From Pedobacter sp. (lineage in GTDB: Bacteria > Bacteroidota > Bacteroidia > Sphingobacteriales > Sphingobacteriaceae), in the NCBI GenBank assembly GCA_014378705.1, contig JACMND010000066.1, positions 27,260 through 91,259 on the forward strand: a stretch of DNA of 64,000 bases, read 5' to 3'. The stretch's first letter is position 1. Every line of letters starts with the position of its first letter. Below the pieces are notes generated by a model. It was given only the letters and a program-made list of their open reading frames with translations, was not told where the DNA came from and did no database searches. The position numbers and the translations under genes are program-made. Shown here piece after piece: positions 47,886 through 58,012 of the stretch.

Positions 47886-49952
47886 TTAAACTTCTCCGTT
47901 CCGCTTCCGCGAAAACCACTCTGTGCTTAATAAAGCAAGTAACAGAAAAAAGATGATTTTATAATTGATCAGGTCTACATATTTACGGTCTTCATATACG
48001 ACCGTTTTTACGTTTTCATCGGCTTTTATCATTTCCGCCAATCGGGATAACTGGCCTGGATAAATCATCTGACCGCCGTGTTGTACCGCCAAAGCAAAAA
48101 GCATTTGATGGTTTGCGGTGGTTTGCTGAAACTCCGCTTGTTCCTGCCTGATAATAAACTTCCCGGCAGCATTGTAATTTTTACTTCCAAGCTTGGTTTT
48201 TGCACTAAAATCGTACTCTCCGGCAGGCAAAATACCGGCATCCAACAAATAAGCGTTCCCGCTTCGTGAAAACAAAAATGAATAGCTTTTGCCTTCTTTA
48301 TTTTTTACAGAAACACCCACATCAGGTGTGTTTAACAACTCAAAAGCATCGTTATACAGTTCTGCATTTAAAATTATGTGTTCATCTTCGTCAAAGGAAT
48401 TTTTGGCAGGATAAACCCTGAATTTTCGTTTATCGTCACGGCTTGAAAGGTATTGCACCGTTTTACTCAACAGTTCGTTTACCGCCTCATGGTTGTTGCT
48501 TTCCAGAAAATCTTCCAACCGCCAGCGCCATATTCCTTCACCAGCTAAAACACCAACTCTGCGTTTCTGATCTTCTCCAAATACAAGCAGTGGAGTGTTA
48601 GTAACCACTTTGCCTATTTGCTGCACAAAAGCAATTGTTCCCGGGTTTTTAAGACCGTAATTGCCATAGGGTGAAATGAGTGGTGAAAAATTTCTCAACT
48701 TAATTTTTGTGTTCTCGCTTATTGTAAAACCATAAAAATCTGGTTGTATCCTGGCAAGTGCTTCCTGGGTTGACCCCGAAGAACTTAGGTTAAGCAAATT
48801 TTGTGATGAAGAAAAAATATTGGTATTGCTTTGGGCACCAAGCACAAACAAAGTGGGTTTACCCTCAACCTGTTTCAAAATTTTTTGTGCAGCGTTGTTT
48901 ACCGATGGTAACTGATGAAGAATAACCAGCCCGGCCTTTTCAATTTGATTGTCGGTCACCTTATCGGCGAAAGCCACCAGCACCTTGTAATTTTTATTTA
49001 TTTCTATAGACTGGCGAAAAGCGGAAACATCAGGATGGGGCGAATTGGCTATGATCAGAACATTTTGGCGTCCATCGATCACCTCTACAAAAATAGTTTG
49101 GGAGTTATTTAATACCGATAGTTCATTGGAAACTGCAGACAAATTAATGCTATATCGTTGAATTCCCTTCCGCCTGGCAGATAACGTTAAAGGAACGGTA
49201 ACCCGATATTCCTCAGAGCTGATGTTCACCGGCCTGGAAAACAAAATCCCTGATTGATCTGATACGCTTAATTTACTGACCGCACCCCCGCTTTGATATG
49301 CTTCAACGCCCACTTCTATCTGAAACTGGTTGTCCAGGTAAGCTATATTATTGTAATTCACATTGGAAATCAAAATGTCTTTTTTAGGAACGGAATCACC
49401 AAGGGCAACTGTATAAACCGGGGCTTTGAGGTTCTTACTTTCATAGATGGGGTTACCACCCTGATTATAGATTCCATCAGAAGCCAATATATCCGCCCCG
49501 ATGTTGCGGTTTGCAAACTCGTTGTCAATCATTTTAAAAACCAAAGAAAGGTTACTTAATCTTTCATCAAATTTAAAGTTGAGCCCCTGTTTTACATTCA
49601 TACCGAAGCTTAAAGATTTTACTTCGTAATCTTTTGAAAGAGTTTTTTCAAGCAGGCGAAGCTGTCTGATATACGTTTCGGTTTTAAAACTGGCAGGCTC
49701 TGAGAGGGCTATTGATGCTGAGTTATCCTGGGCTAAAATAATAATAGGCTTCTCGGTGGTTTTACTTATCGTTTTAAAAGGCGGCGCAAATAGTAGAAAA
49801 GCAATGGTTGCCACTGTAATTGTCCGGAGTCCAAACAGAAAAATGAGCAGCGTTTTATTTAGTCGTGTTTGCCAGCGATAAAGTGCAAACGCGTAAGCAA
49901 TTCCTAATAAAAGGCATCCTAAAAGAGAAAAAAAAATATATGTTGTAGCCAT
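47886..49952 (-). CDS. Conserved hypothetical membrane protein with a vWA-like (DxSxS) segment
   Basis: 688 aa with two N-terminal TM helices followed by IIILAQDNSASI (a DxSxS MIDAS-like motif) and one C-terminal TM. It resembles BatA/vWA-type Bacteroidota proteins by recollection only. Confidence 0.55.
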   Translation of the reverse strand: MATTYIFFSLLGCLLLGIAYAFALYRWQTRLNKTLLIFLFGLRTITVATIAFLLFAPPFKTISKTTEKPIIILAQDNSASIALSEPASFKTETYIRQLRLLEKTLSKDYEVKSLSFGMNVKQGLNFKFDERLSNLSLVFKMIDNEFANRNIGADILASDGIYNQGGNPIYESKNLKAPVYTVALGDSVPKKDILISNVNYNNIAYLDNQFQIEVGVEAYQSGGAVSKLSVSDQSGILFSRPVNISSEEYRVTVPLTLSARRKGIQRYSINLSAVSNELSVLNNSQTIFVEVIDGRQNVLIIANSPHPDVSAFRQSIEINKNYKVLVAFADKVTDNQIEKAGLVILHQLPSVNNAAQKILKQVEGKPTLFVLGAQSNTNIFSSSQNLLNLSSSGSTQEALARIQPDFYGFTISENTKIKLRNFSPLISPYGNYGLKNPGTIAFVQQIGKVVTNTPLLVFGEDQKRRVGVLAGEGIWRWRLEDFLESNNHEAVNELLSKTVQYLSSRDDKRKFRVYPAKNSFDEDEHIILNAELYNDAFELLNTPDVGVSVKNKEGKSYSFLFSRSGNAYLLDAGILPAGEYDFSAKTKLGSKNYNAAGKFIIRQEQAEFQQTTANHQMLFALAVQHGGQMIYPGQLSRLAEMIKADENVKTVVYEDRKYVDLINYKIIFFLLLALLSTEWFSRKRNGEV

Positions 49953-50011
49953 TAGAATTATAGAATTGAGGGATTTTTGAATAATTTATTCAAGATCCAC
50001 CAATTAACTTT

Positions 50012-50734
50012 TTAATCTATCTCAAAATTAGCGTTTACTACTGCGGTAATTTCTTTTCGGATAGAGCTAACATCGTTAATGCCATAATCAGAAGTCATAT
50101 TTGAATTTTCAGGCGTAATTTGTAAAACACCCATACGGGCACTTTTTAATGTGCCCAACTCGCGTCCGGTAGCTTTGGCAATCCGCTGTCCGCGAATCAT
50201 GGCATCTTTTGCAGCTTCGGCTTGTATCTCAATTTTGATATCACCAATTTTAGTATAGTAATATTCCGGCTGATTCACCTGGAAATTAACCCCACGCTCT
50301 ACCAACGAGCTTATTTCCAATGAAATGGCTTTAATGAGTTGTACATCTGCTGACTGTACATCAATCATTTGAGAAGTGGTATAAGAACGTACTTCCATTT
50401 GCTGCCCATTTTGATTAAAATTATAATTGGGATAATTGGTTATGGTTTGAAAATTAATTTTATCAGTAGAAAAACCCTTTGATTGGATATACGCTATCAG
50501 TATCGGCTTCTGTGATTGTAGCCCCCTGAAAGCCTCACTGGCAGTAGCGCCCTGCGCACTCAAAGTTCCGCGTAGAATTCCTAGGTCAGAAATCATCACC
50601 TTTTTTGCGGAACCAGTAACGGTGATAGTTTGGTTTTCGCTCTTCACCTTGCGCCAGGTTCCTGAAAATATTAAAGTGGAAATAACGGTAGCAAGGCCGA
50701 GGATAAGGGATGGAAGAATCAAACGATTAGTCAT
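50012..50734 (-). CDS. SIMPL-domain (DUF541) periplasmic protein
   Basis: 240 aa with an N-terminal anchor, ITVTGSA near the start and a ...VNANFEID end, typical of the SIMPL/26-kDa periplasmic immunogenic protein family. Confidence 0.72.
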   Translation of the reverse strand: MTNRLILPSLILGLATVISTLIFSGTWRKVKSENQTITVTGSAKKVMISDLGILRGTLSAQGATASEAFRGLQSQKPILIAYIQSKGFSTDKINFQTITNYPNYNFNQNGQQMEVRSYTTSQMIDVQSADVQLIKAISLEISSLVERGVNFQVNQPEYYYTKIGDIKIEIQAEAAKDAMIRGQRIAKATGRELGTLKSARMGVLQITPENSNMTSDYGINDVSSIRKEITAVVNANFEID

Positions 50735-50860
50735 ATTTATGTGTTGGTGATTGTGAATTGAAGGTGTGCATTTTAAAGTGAAATCAAAATTGAAGATAAG
50801 AATTTATACCTCAGAATCTTCTCTGTAAGCTGCCAACTCCCGACTGCAAACAGCCCACTC

Positions 50861-51604
50861 CTACAACATTCCCCCGTCAACCGAAATTACCTGGCCGGTG
50901 ATGTAGGTACTCATGTCAGATCCCAGGAAAACACAAAGATTGGCTACATCTTCTGCTTCGCCGGCCCGCTTTAGAGGTATGGCTTGCGCCCAGCCTTCAA
51001 CTATTTTCGGATCAAGCCCTTCGGTCATTTCGGTACGAATAAAACCCGGGGCTACCACATTCGTACGGATATTACGTGAACCCAATTCTTTGGCTATCGA
51101 TTTGGAAAAGCCTATAATTCCTGCTTTCGATGCAGCATAATTTGCCTGACCTGCATTGCCCTGAACGCCTACAACTGAGCTCATATTAATAAAAACCCCT
51201 TTTCTATTCTTCATCATAATTTTTGAAGCGGCTTTGGTAACGTTAAAAATAGACTTCAAATTCACGTTCAGCACTTCATCCCAATTCTCCTCACTCATGC
51301 GCATCAGCAAACCATCCTTGGTGATACCGGCGTTATTTACCACAATATCCAAAGTCCCAAATTCAGCAACTACGTCGTTTATCAATTTTTCGGCTTCATC
51401 AAATTTCGAAGCATCAGAACGGTAACCTTTTACTTTAGTGGCGAAACCCTGCAATTCTTTCTCCAGAGCTTCCCCTTTTTCAATCGATGAAAGATAGGTA
51501 AATGCCACATTTGCACCATGTTCCGCGAATTTCTCCGCAATCTTTCGCCCTATGCCTTTTGATGCGCCGGTAATTAATGCGGTTTTTCCTTCAAGTAATT
51601 TCAT
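50861..51604 (-). CDS. fabG: 3-oxoacyl-[ACP] reductase
   Basis: 247 aa SDR with TGASKGIG, NNAG and the YAASKAG (YxxxK) catalytic motif. Confidence 0.9.
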   Translation of the reverse strand: MKLLEGKTALITGASKGIGRKIAEKFAEHGANVAFTYLSSIEKGEALEKELQGFATKVKGYRSDASKFDEAEKLINDVVAEFGTLDIVVNNAGITKDGLLMRMSEENWDEVLNVNLKSIFNVTKAASKIMMKNRKGVFINMSSVVGVQGNAGQANYAASKAGIIGFSKSIAKELGSRNIRTNVVAPGFIRTEMTEGLDPKIVEGWAQAIPLKRAGEAEDVANLCVFLGSDMSTYITGQVISVDGGML

Positions 51605-51808
51605 ACAGAGATTTAAGATTGTGAAATTATAAATTTAAGTGCAATTCAATACATGTAATTACGTGTGTTGATGATATTACTTTTGATTGAAACGAGCCAT
51701 TTCCGGCAGTTTATAAAACCGGCATGAACATCCGCTACCACATAGCCTGTTTAATTTTATTTGCCTTTTAAGGCGATTCTCTTAGCTTTGCCTAACAAAA
51801 AAAAAGCT

Positions 51809-52681
51809 ATGAGTGTTCTGGTTAATAAAGATTCAAAAGTAATTGTTCAGGGGTTTACCGGCAATGAAGGTACTTACCATGCATCTCAAATGATTGAGTA
51901 TGGCACACAGTTAGTCGGTGGAGTTACACCAGGCAAAGGCGGCCAGTCACATCTCGACAGGCCTGTATTTAACACCGTGAAAGATGCTGTTGATAAAACC
52001 GGAGCCAACGTTTCCATCATCTTTGTGCCACCAGCTTTTGCAGCTGATGCGATTATGGAAGCGGCCGAAGCAGGAATTAAAGTAATTGTTTGCATTACAG
52101 AAGGCATTCCAACAAAAGACATGATACAGGTTAAAGAATATATCTCTGACAGGGATTGCCGTTTAATAGGCCCAAACTGCCCGGGAATTATTACTGCTGA
52201 TGAATCTAAAATCGGGATTATGCCTGGATTTATCTTTAAAAAAGGAACCGTTGGTGTGGTTTCCAAATCCGGCACATTAACTTATGAAGCGGTTGACCAA
52301 GTTGTAAAAGCCGGTTTAGGAATTACCACGGCTATCGGTATTGGAGGAGATCCCATCATCGGAACTACCACCAAAGAAGCTGTTGAACTTTTGATGAACG
52401 ATCCGGAAACGAAAGGCATCATTATGATTGGTGAAATTGGTGGGGGCATGGAAGCGGAGGCTGCGCTTTGGATAAAAGAAAACGGGACCAAGCCTGTTGT
52501 TGGGTTTATTGCCGGACAAACTGCGCCTCCCGGACGAAGAATGGGCCATGCTGGTGCCATTGTTGGCGGTGCCGATGATACAGCCGCGGCAAAAATGAAA
52601 ATTATGCGTGAATGTGGAATCAGGGTTGTAGAATCGCCAGCAGAGATAGGCGAAGCGATGGCAGAAGAGTTACGCAACTAA
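51809..52681 (+). CDS. sucD: Succinate--CoA ligase subunit alpha
   Basis: The start is at the Met at 51809 ([18 protein letters not shown]). It has the phosphohistidine loop MGHAGAI. The track ORF begins 16 codons earlier. Confidence 0.96.
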   Translation: MSVLVNKDSKVIVQGFTGNEGTYHASQMIEYGTQLVGGVTPGKGGQSHLDRPVFNTVKDAVDKTGANVSIIFVPPAFAADAIMEAAEAGIKVIVCITEGIPTKDMIQVKEYISDRDCRLIGPNCPGIITADESKIGIMPGFIFKKGTVGVVSKSGTLTYEAVDQVVKAGLGITTAIGIGGDPIIGTTTKEAVELLMNDPETKGIIMIGEIGGGMEAEAALWIKENGTKPVVGFIAGQTAPPGRRMGHAGAIVGGADDTAAAKMKIMRECGIRVVESPAEIGEAMAEELRN

Positions 52682-52817
52682 ACATAAACCATTAAAAATT
52701 TATAAATTCTAACCATTCAGGTTGGAATTTTTTTTTGAAAAAATTATTTGTCTCTGTATCCCAATGGAAATCAAAACATACTGAAAACTTGTATGTTAAA
52801 AATATTATCCAAATTTT

Positions 52818-53180
52818 ATGAACTACAATAAACTAACCCCCGAAGAAGAATATGTTATCCTGAAAAAAGGTACGGAAAGACCCTTTACAGGCGAATACGA
52901 TAACTATAAAGAAGCCGGAACTTATATATGCCGGCAGTGCGACAGTCCGTTGTACAAATCAGAGGATAAATTTGACTCGCATTGTGGCTGGCCAAGTTTT
53001 GATGACGAGATTCCCGGAGCGGTTAAAAGAGAAACAGATAGCGACGGCCGTCGTACCGAAATTCTCTGCAACACCTGCGGAGCTCATTTAGGGCATGTTT
53101 TTGAAGGGGAGAAACTTACCTCAAAAAATATCCGTCATTGTGTAAATTCAATCTCAATGAAATTTGTTCCTGCTAAGTAA
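52818..53180 (+). CDS. msrB: Peptide-methionine (R)-S-oxide reductase
   Basis: 120 aa with two CxxC zinc pairs ([16 protein letters not shown]) and the catalytic RHCVNS motif. Confidence 0.93.
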   Translation: MNYNKLTPEEEYVILKKGTERPFTGEYDNYKEAGTYICRQCDSPLYKSEDKFDSHCGWPSFDDEIPGAVKRETDSDGRRTEILCNTCGAHLGHVFEGEKLTSKNIRHCVNSISMKFVPAK

Positions 53181-53201
53181 ATTACAAAAAAATATAAAAT
53201 A

Positions 53202-53501
53202 ATGGAAATGGTAAAATTTGGATTACTGGCAAAAGTAGTTGCCAAACCTGGAAAAGAACAGGAGGCAGAAAATTTTTTAAAATCGGCTCTTTCTCTCGCT
53301 CAAGCAGAGAAAGGAACTATTCAGTGGTTTGCTTTTAAAATCGATCAGTCAACTTTTGGCATTTTCGACACTTTTGAAACAGAAGATGCAAGACAGGCTC
53401 ACTTGTCAGGGGAAATCGCGAAAGCTTTAATGGCTAAAGCTCCCGATCTTTTTTCTCAAACCCCAGAAATTAACCAAATAGATATATTGGCATCAAAATA
53501 A
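53202..53501 (+). CDS. ABM-domain (antibiotic biosynthesis / quinol monooxygenase-like) protein
   Basis: 99 aa with the size and pattern of a ferredoxin-like ABM fold (VAKPGKEQE...W.AF......F.I.D.F....A...H). Confidence 0.65.
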   Translation: MEMVKFGLLAKVVAKPGKEQEAENFLKSALSLAQAEKGTIQWFAFKIDQSTFGIFDTFETEDARQAHLSGEIAKALMAKAPDLFSQTPEINQIDILASK

Positions 53502-53511
53502 GTCCTACAAA

Positions 53512-53536
53512 AAAGCCGCTTCTCTTCAGCGGCTTT
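53512..53536. terminator. Bidirectional terminator between convergent genes
   Basis: AAAGCCGCT - TCTCTTC - AGCGGCTTT, with an A-run upstream and T-rich sequence downstream. Confidence 0.7.
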
Positions 53537-53564
53537 CATTTAAACATTTTATCTGATAAAGAAT

Positions 53565-53921
53565 TTACTTAACGTAAACTTCTCCCTTGTAGGGTTCAAT
53601 CACACTGTGAAAACTGTACCCGGATAGATGTACCAGATAAAAAGTCATAATATCGCACCAGCAGATCTCATCTTTAAACAGTTCTAATTGTGGTAGAGAT
53701 CCCCGCTGGCAACTCTCTTCTTTATCATAATCATACTCTCCACCATTTTCTTTACACCATTTTAGAAAAAGTTCAAATTCATTGGGATCTGAAAAAACGA
53801 TCTTAAAAAATGTTTCTTCCCGAACGTCTTTTAAATCGTCATTCATATAATGATGATATTTATGACGGTGGCGGATGATTTTTGCGGTACTCATATTTAA
53901 TTTTAATATGGAAGTTGCCAA
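53565..53921 (-). CDS. Hypothetical protein
   Basis: 118-aa ORF whose start may be at the internal MSTAKII.... It has a His-rich N-terminus (RHRHKYHHY) and acidic and Cys-containing segments. I recognise no family. It lies 28 nt downstream of the methyltransferase gene on the same strand. Confidence 0.45.
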   Translation of the reverse strand: MATSILKLNMSTAKIIRHRHKYHHYMNDDLKDVREETFFKIVFSDPNEFELFLKWCKENGGEYDYDKEESCQRGSLPQLELFKDEICWCDIMTFYLVHLSGYSFHSVIEPYKGEVYVK

Positions 53922-53949
53922 TATCAGCTTTTGTTTAATTAAATGTTAT

Positions 53950-54630
53950 TTACCTCTTTCTTGCCCATATAACCGCCCACATAATATTTTTCCAGATAAT
54001 ATCCACCTCAGCAAAACCAGAACTTTCCAACTGTTTTAGGTGCCAGTTAACAGGCGTATGAAAGTCGTGCGCATTCTGATGCTCCATCCACATATCCCAG
54101 TTTTCCTGGGTTGAACCAAGTTTAAATGCTTCTTCTTTCCACCGTGAAATATGTTTGTGATAAATTTCTTCATTTATTCCACGTGTCTGATCGGCAAAAA
54201 TAAATACCCCATTCACGGTTAAGGCGCTAAATATGTCACGGTATAAAATTGTCTTCTCCGCATCCTCTATGTGATGAATCGCAATGCTGGAAAGGATCAG
54301 ATCGTAAGAACCCGGGGCAAGGTGCATCTCCCGAAAGTCGGCCTGTATATACCGGATGTTGGGCTGGCTCATAAAACGCTTCTGACTTTCTTTCAAAATC
54401 TCTTCAGAAAGGTCGAGGGCATCAATTTCGGCTTCCGGAAAATGTTTTAGTATCTGTTCTGTCAAATTTCCGGTTCCGCATCCCAAATCTAAAATCCTTT
54501 TTGGTTTAAAATCTTCAGGGATATAGTGGAACATGTTATAGAGTAGTTCGTTGTAACGCGGCACGCATTTGCTGATTAGATCTGTATATTGGCCGCTTAA
54601 CTGATCGTAAAACGATTGAACTGATTTCAT
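53950..54630 (-). CDS. Class I SAM-dependent methyltransferase
   Basis: 226 aa with SAM-binding motif I ILDLGCGTGN and the post-I acidic residue (DALDLS). Confidence 0.85.
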   Translation of the reverse strand: MKSVQSFYDQLSGQYTDLISKCVPRYNELLYNMFHYIPEDFKPKRILDLGCGTGNLTEQILKHFPEAEIDALDLSEEILKESQKRFMSQPNIRYIQADFREMHLAPGSYDLILSSIAIHHIEDAEKTILYRDIFSALTVNGVFIFADQTRGINEEIYHKHISRWKEEAFKLGSTQENWDMWMEHQNAHDFHTPVNWHLKQLESSGFAEVDIIWKNIMWAVIWARKR

Positions 54631-54700
54631 AAGGTGAGTATTAAGATACGAGATATGAAAATAGAATATTAGTTGTTGTGATAGTTGGTTTTTACAAAAT

Positions 54701-54808
54701 GTTAATTTTTAGAAAAGCAGGTTTCAGCGTATTGATTTAATGGTAGTCCCGCTGTCCACTTTAGCCCCGGCAAAGGGCCGGGAGCTGCCGTTCTCATCGG
54801 GTTTATTT
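54701..54808 (+). repeat. Copy C of the dispersed ~105-nt structured intergenic element (ABC exporter / methyltransferase spacer)
   Basis: GTTAATTTTTAGAAAAGCAGG ... GGTAGTCCCGCTGTCC ... inner hairpin AGCCCCGGC-AAAGG-GCCGGGAGCT ... TTCTCATCGGGTTTATTT. Confidence 0.7.
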
Positions 54809-54851
54809 AACGCAGTTTCGTCAAAGTATATACGTTGGCTGCAGTCGTAAT

Positions 54852-56618
54852 TTATATTTTTCCTATCCCTTCAGAACTAAATTGCAAATCGTACAGTCGT
54901 TTATAATACCCGTTTATTTTTAAAAGCTGCTGATGCGATCCCATTTCTTTGATCTCACCATGATCGAGCACAATAATTTTATCCGCATTTTGAATGGTTG
55001 ATAAGCGATGGGCGATCACAATGGAGGTACGGCCCTGCATTAGTTTAGTAATAGCTTGTTGTATCAGTTCTTCGGTTTCGGTATCCACTGATGACGTTGC
55101 TTCATCAAGCACCAGTATTTTGGGGTTGTAAACCAATGCCCGGATAAATGATATTAATTGTGCCTGTCCGGCAGATAAAGTGGCCCCACGTTCCATCACG
55201 TTATAATCGTAGCCACCGGGTAAGCGTTCTATAAATTCATGCGCCCCTACATCTTTTGCAGCAGCAATAAGTTGCTGCCTTGTAATAGCCGGGTTGCTCA
55301 GGTTAATATTGCCGGCAATGCTATCCGAAAACAGGAAAACATCCTGCAACACCGTCGCAATCTGGCTTCGCAAAAAACTCAACTCATATTCCCTAATGTC
55401 TACCCCATCAACTAACACACTTCCCCTACCAATTTCGTAAAACCGATTAAGTATGTTGATCGTTGATGACTTTCCAGCACCCGTAGCTCCCACCAACGCC
55501 AAAGTTTCGCCGGGTATCACCGTAAATGAAATATCTTTTAAAACCCAATTTTCATCGTTGTAGGCAAACCACACTTTCCTGAATTCAATCTTTCCATTTA
55601 ATACTTTTGGTTTTAATGTACCCTGATTAGCGGTTGATTCTTTGGTATCTAGCACGTTAAAGATTCTCTCAGCTCCAACCATTCCCATTTGTAAGGTGTT
55701 AAACTTGTCAGCCAGTTCGCGTATGGGTTTAAAAAGCATGTTGATATACATAATAAATGCCACGACAACACCGGGGGAAATGTCATTTTGGAGAATAGAC
55801 TTTGAACCGTACCACACAAGCAAACCCAGTGAAATTGCGGAAACTATTTCGACCACTGGAAAAAAAATAGAATAATACCAGTTTGAGCGGATATGTGCAT
55901 CACGATGCCGGGCGTTGATGGTTTTAAATTTTCGCATTTCCTGCCTTTCTCGGGCGAAATAATGGATAATGCTCATGCCGGTTATATGTTCTTGCAAAAA
56001 CGTGTTCAGGTGCGAAACTTCTGTCCGCACAGCCTGGAAAGCAGATTTAATTGCCTCTTTAAAAATAAAAGAAGCAATCATTAAAAAAGGCATTGGAATT
56101 AATACGATGAGTGTAAGCTGCCAGTCAGTATAAAGCATTACTGCGATGATAGCCACAACCTGCAAAATATCTCCTATGATTACAATCAGTCCTTCAGAAA
56201 ATATATCAGCGATAGTTTCCAGGTCAGAAACGGTGCGGGTTATTAACTGACCGATAGGCGTTCGGTCAAAATACTTTAGGCGAAGGCTGCTGATGTGGTT
56301 AAATACGTTTATCCGTAGATCTTTAATTACAGACTGGCCAAGGATATTGGTTAAAAAAGTATGAAAGTACTGAACCCCGGTTTGAACCAACAACAATCCG
56401 ATCATGATCAGCGTCATGATTAAAAGTCCTGAAGAATCGTTTTCAAGAATGAATTTATCCAAAGTGTATTGGATAAGCAGCGGTCGCACGGGAGCTATAA
56501 TTGCCAGGACAATAGTTAAAAGCAAAGACCAGATAAAAATACTCTTATAAGGTTTTACGTATTTAAAAACCCTTATTAAAAGATTTACATCAACTGCCTT
56601 TCCGCTTACTTTAGCCAT
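54852..56618 (-). CDS. ABC transporter, fused permease/ATP-binding protein (MsbA/MdlB-type exporter)
   Basis: 588 aa with six N-terminal TM helices, Walker A GATGAGKSS, signature LSAGQAQ and Walker B ILVLDEATS. Confidence 0.9.
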   Translation of the reverse strand: MAKVSGKAVDVNLLIRVFKYVKPYKSIFIWSLLLTIVLAIIAPVRPLLIQYTLDKFILENDSSGLLIMTLIMIGLLLVQTGVQYFHTFLTNILGQSVIKDLRINVFNHISSLRLKYFDRTPIGQLITRTVSDLETIADIFSEGLIVIIGDILQVVAIIAVMLYTDWQLTLIVLIPMPFLMIASFIFKEAIKSAFQAVRTEVSHLNTFLQEHITGMSIIHYFARERQEMRKFKTINARHRDAHIRSNWYYSIFFPVVEIVSAISLGLLVWYGSKSILQNDISPGVVVAFIMYINMLFKPIRELADKFNTLQMGMVGAERIFNVLDTKESTANQGTLKPKVLNGKIEFRKVWFAYNDENWVLKDISFTVIPGETLALVGATGAGKSSTINILNRFYEIGRGSVLVDGVDIREYELSFLRSQIATVLQDVFLFSDSIAGNINLSNPAITRQQLIAAAKDVGAHEFIERLPGGYDYNVMERGATLSAGQAQLISFIRALVYNPKILVLDEATSSVDTETEELIQQAITKLMQGRTSIVIAHRLSTIQNADKIIVLDHGEIKEMGSHQQLLKINGYYKRLYDLQFSSEGIGKI

Positions 56619-56673
56619 TATTTATTAGTTGGTTGATTGTTAATTTGCTAGATGGTTGGTTGTTTAATAGTTG

Positions 56674-57468
56674 TTACTCCATTTTCCGAATTTTCAATCG
56701 ACTCGGGTATTCCACGGACGTAAGATACAGCCCACATGCCGGAACGGATGCGCCCGCGTTAGAACGGTTTTTACTTAGGATGATCTTCCGAACTTCTTCC
56801 GGGCTAATTTCTTTTCGTCCAACCTGGATTAGGGTTCCTACTATCGCCCTAACCATGTTACGTAAAAAACGGTCGGCCGAAATATAAAAAATCATACCTC
56901 CATCTACATTTTGCCATTCAGCTTTGGTAATGTGGCAATTGTTAGTAAAGGTTTGGGTGTTGGATTTGCTGAAACAACTAAAATCCTGGTACTCCATAAT
57001 GATCAAGGCAGCTTTATTCATTAGTTCCATATCCGGTTTATCACGCAAAAGCCATGATAAACCGAACCTAAACGGGTCTTTCTCAAAATGAATATAATAT
57101 TGATAAGAGCGCTTAACCGCATCAAAACGGGCATGTGCGTTGTCTGCAACTTCTATAATTCTCCTGACGGCGATTTCATACGGAAGAAGGGAATTAAGAC
57201 TGGCCTGAAAGTTATAGGTTGTGGGTTGTGGCTTGTGAGTTGTGGGTTGAACCTCTTCCTGTAAATCAAAATGTGCAAACAACTGCGTTGCATGAACGCC
57301 AGTATCTGTGCGTCCGCAGCCTGTTGTTTCAATATTTTGCCGTAGAATAACGCTCAAAGCTTTATTTAAAATTTCCTGAACACTTACCGCATTTTGCTGG
57401 ACCTGCCAACCATGGTATGCGGTTCCGTTAAAGGCAATTTCAATGAAGTATCTTTTAAAAGTGTTCAA
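56674..57468 (-). CDS. truA: tRNA pseudouridine(38-40) synthase
   Basis: 264 aa with the catalytic GRTDTGVHA. It contains a ~10-aa low-complexity insert (QPTTHKPQPTT) encoded by a heptanucleotide tandem repeat. Confidence 0.92.
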   Translation of the reverse strand: MNTFKRYFIEIAFNGTAYHGWQVQQNAVSVQEILNKALSVILRQNIETTGCGRTDTGVHATQLFAHFDLQEEVQPTTHKPQPTTYNFQASLNSLLPYEIAVRRIIEVADNAHARFDAVKRSYQYYIHFEKDPFRFGLSWLLRDKPDMELMNKAALIIMEYQDFSCFSKSNTQTFTNNCHITKAEWQNVDGGMIFYISADRFLRNMVRAIVGTLIQVGRKEISPEEVRKIILSKNRSNAGASVPACGLYLTSVEYPSRLKIRKME

Positions 57469-57544
57469 GCGGTAAAGGTAATTATCACAATTGAAACTGT
57501 TTGTAAGACCATTGAATTTCTATATTTGCATAAATCGATAAGTA

Positions 57545-58012
57545 ATGCTTCAACGTGTTCAAACTGTTTGGCTATTTTTTGCCACAGCGGCCATATTCAG
57601 TTTATTTTTATTCCCGTATTTACAGGTATTAAATCCCGACAGAACTGCTTTAGCTATCAAAGTGACGGGTGTTTACCAAAATATTAATGGGCAGGTAGTG
57701 CAAACCGAACCGTTTCTGGCTTTAACGATCGTTACTGTTTTATTAGGTTTGCTGCCTTTTGTGATTATTTTTTTTTACCGAAAGCGCAAAAAGCAAATCA
57801 ATATTTGTTACCTGGCTATCATAGCCATCTTAGGATACAGCTTCTGGCTGGTGCAAACCGCAAAGCAGGTTATCGGTAACATAACCCTGCAGATGGATAA
57901 CTATGGAATTGGTGTTATCCTACCCTCCCTGGCCATTTTATTTACTATTCTGGCTTTAAGAGGAATCCGCAAGGATGAAAAGCTGGTGCGCTCGGCGGAT
58001 AGGTTGAGATAG
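57545..58012 (+). CDS. DUF4293-like small membrane protein
   Basis: 155 aa with four TM helices. The N-terminal MLQRVQTVWLFFA... and C-terminal ...VRSADRLR are as I recall for the Bacteroidota DUF4293 family. Confidence 0.6.
   Translation: MLQRVQTVWLFFATAAIFSLFLFPYLQVLNPDRTALAIKVTGVYQNINGQVVQTEPFLALTIVTVLLGLLPFVIIFFYRKRKKQINICYLAIIAILGYSFWLVQTAKQVIGNITLQMDNYGIGVILPSLAILFTILALRGIRKDEKLVRSADRLR

Noticed and set aside
51886-52677. Three - strand ORFs (129, 131 and 77 aa) opposite sucD
   Set aside because: These are shadow frames of a GC-richer, highly conserved gene. The Pro/Ser/Ala-rich translations have no motifs.
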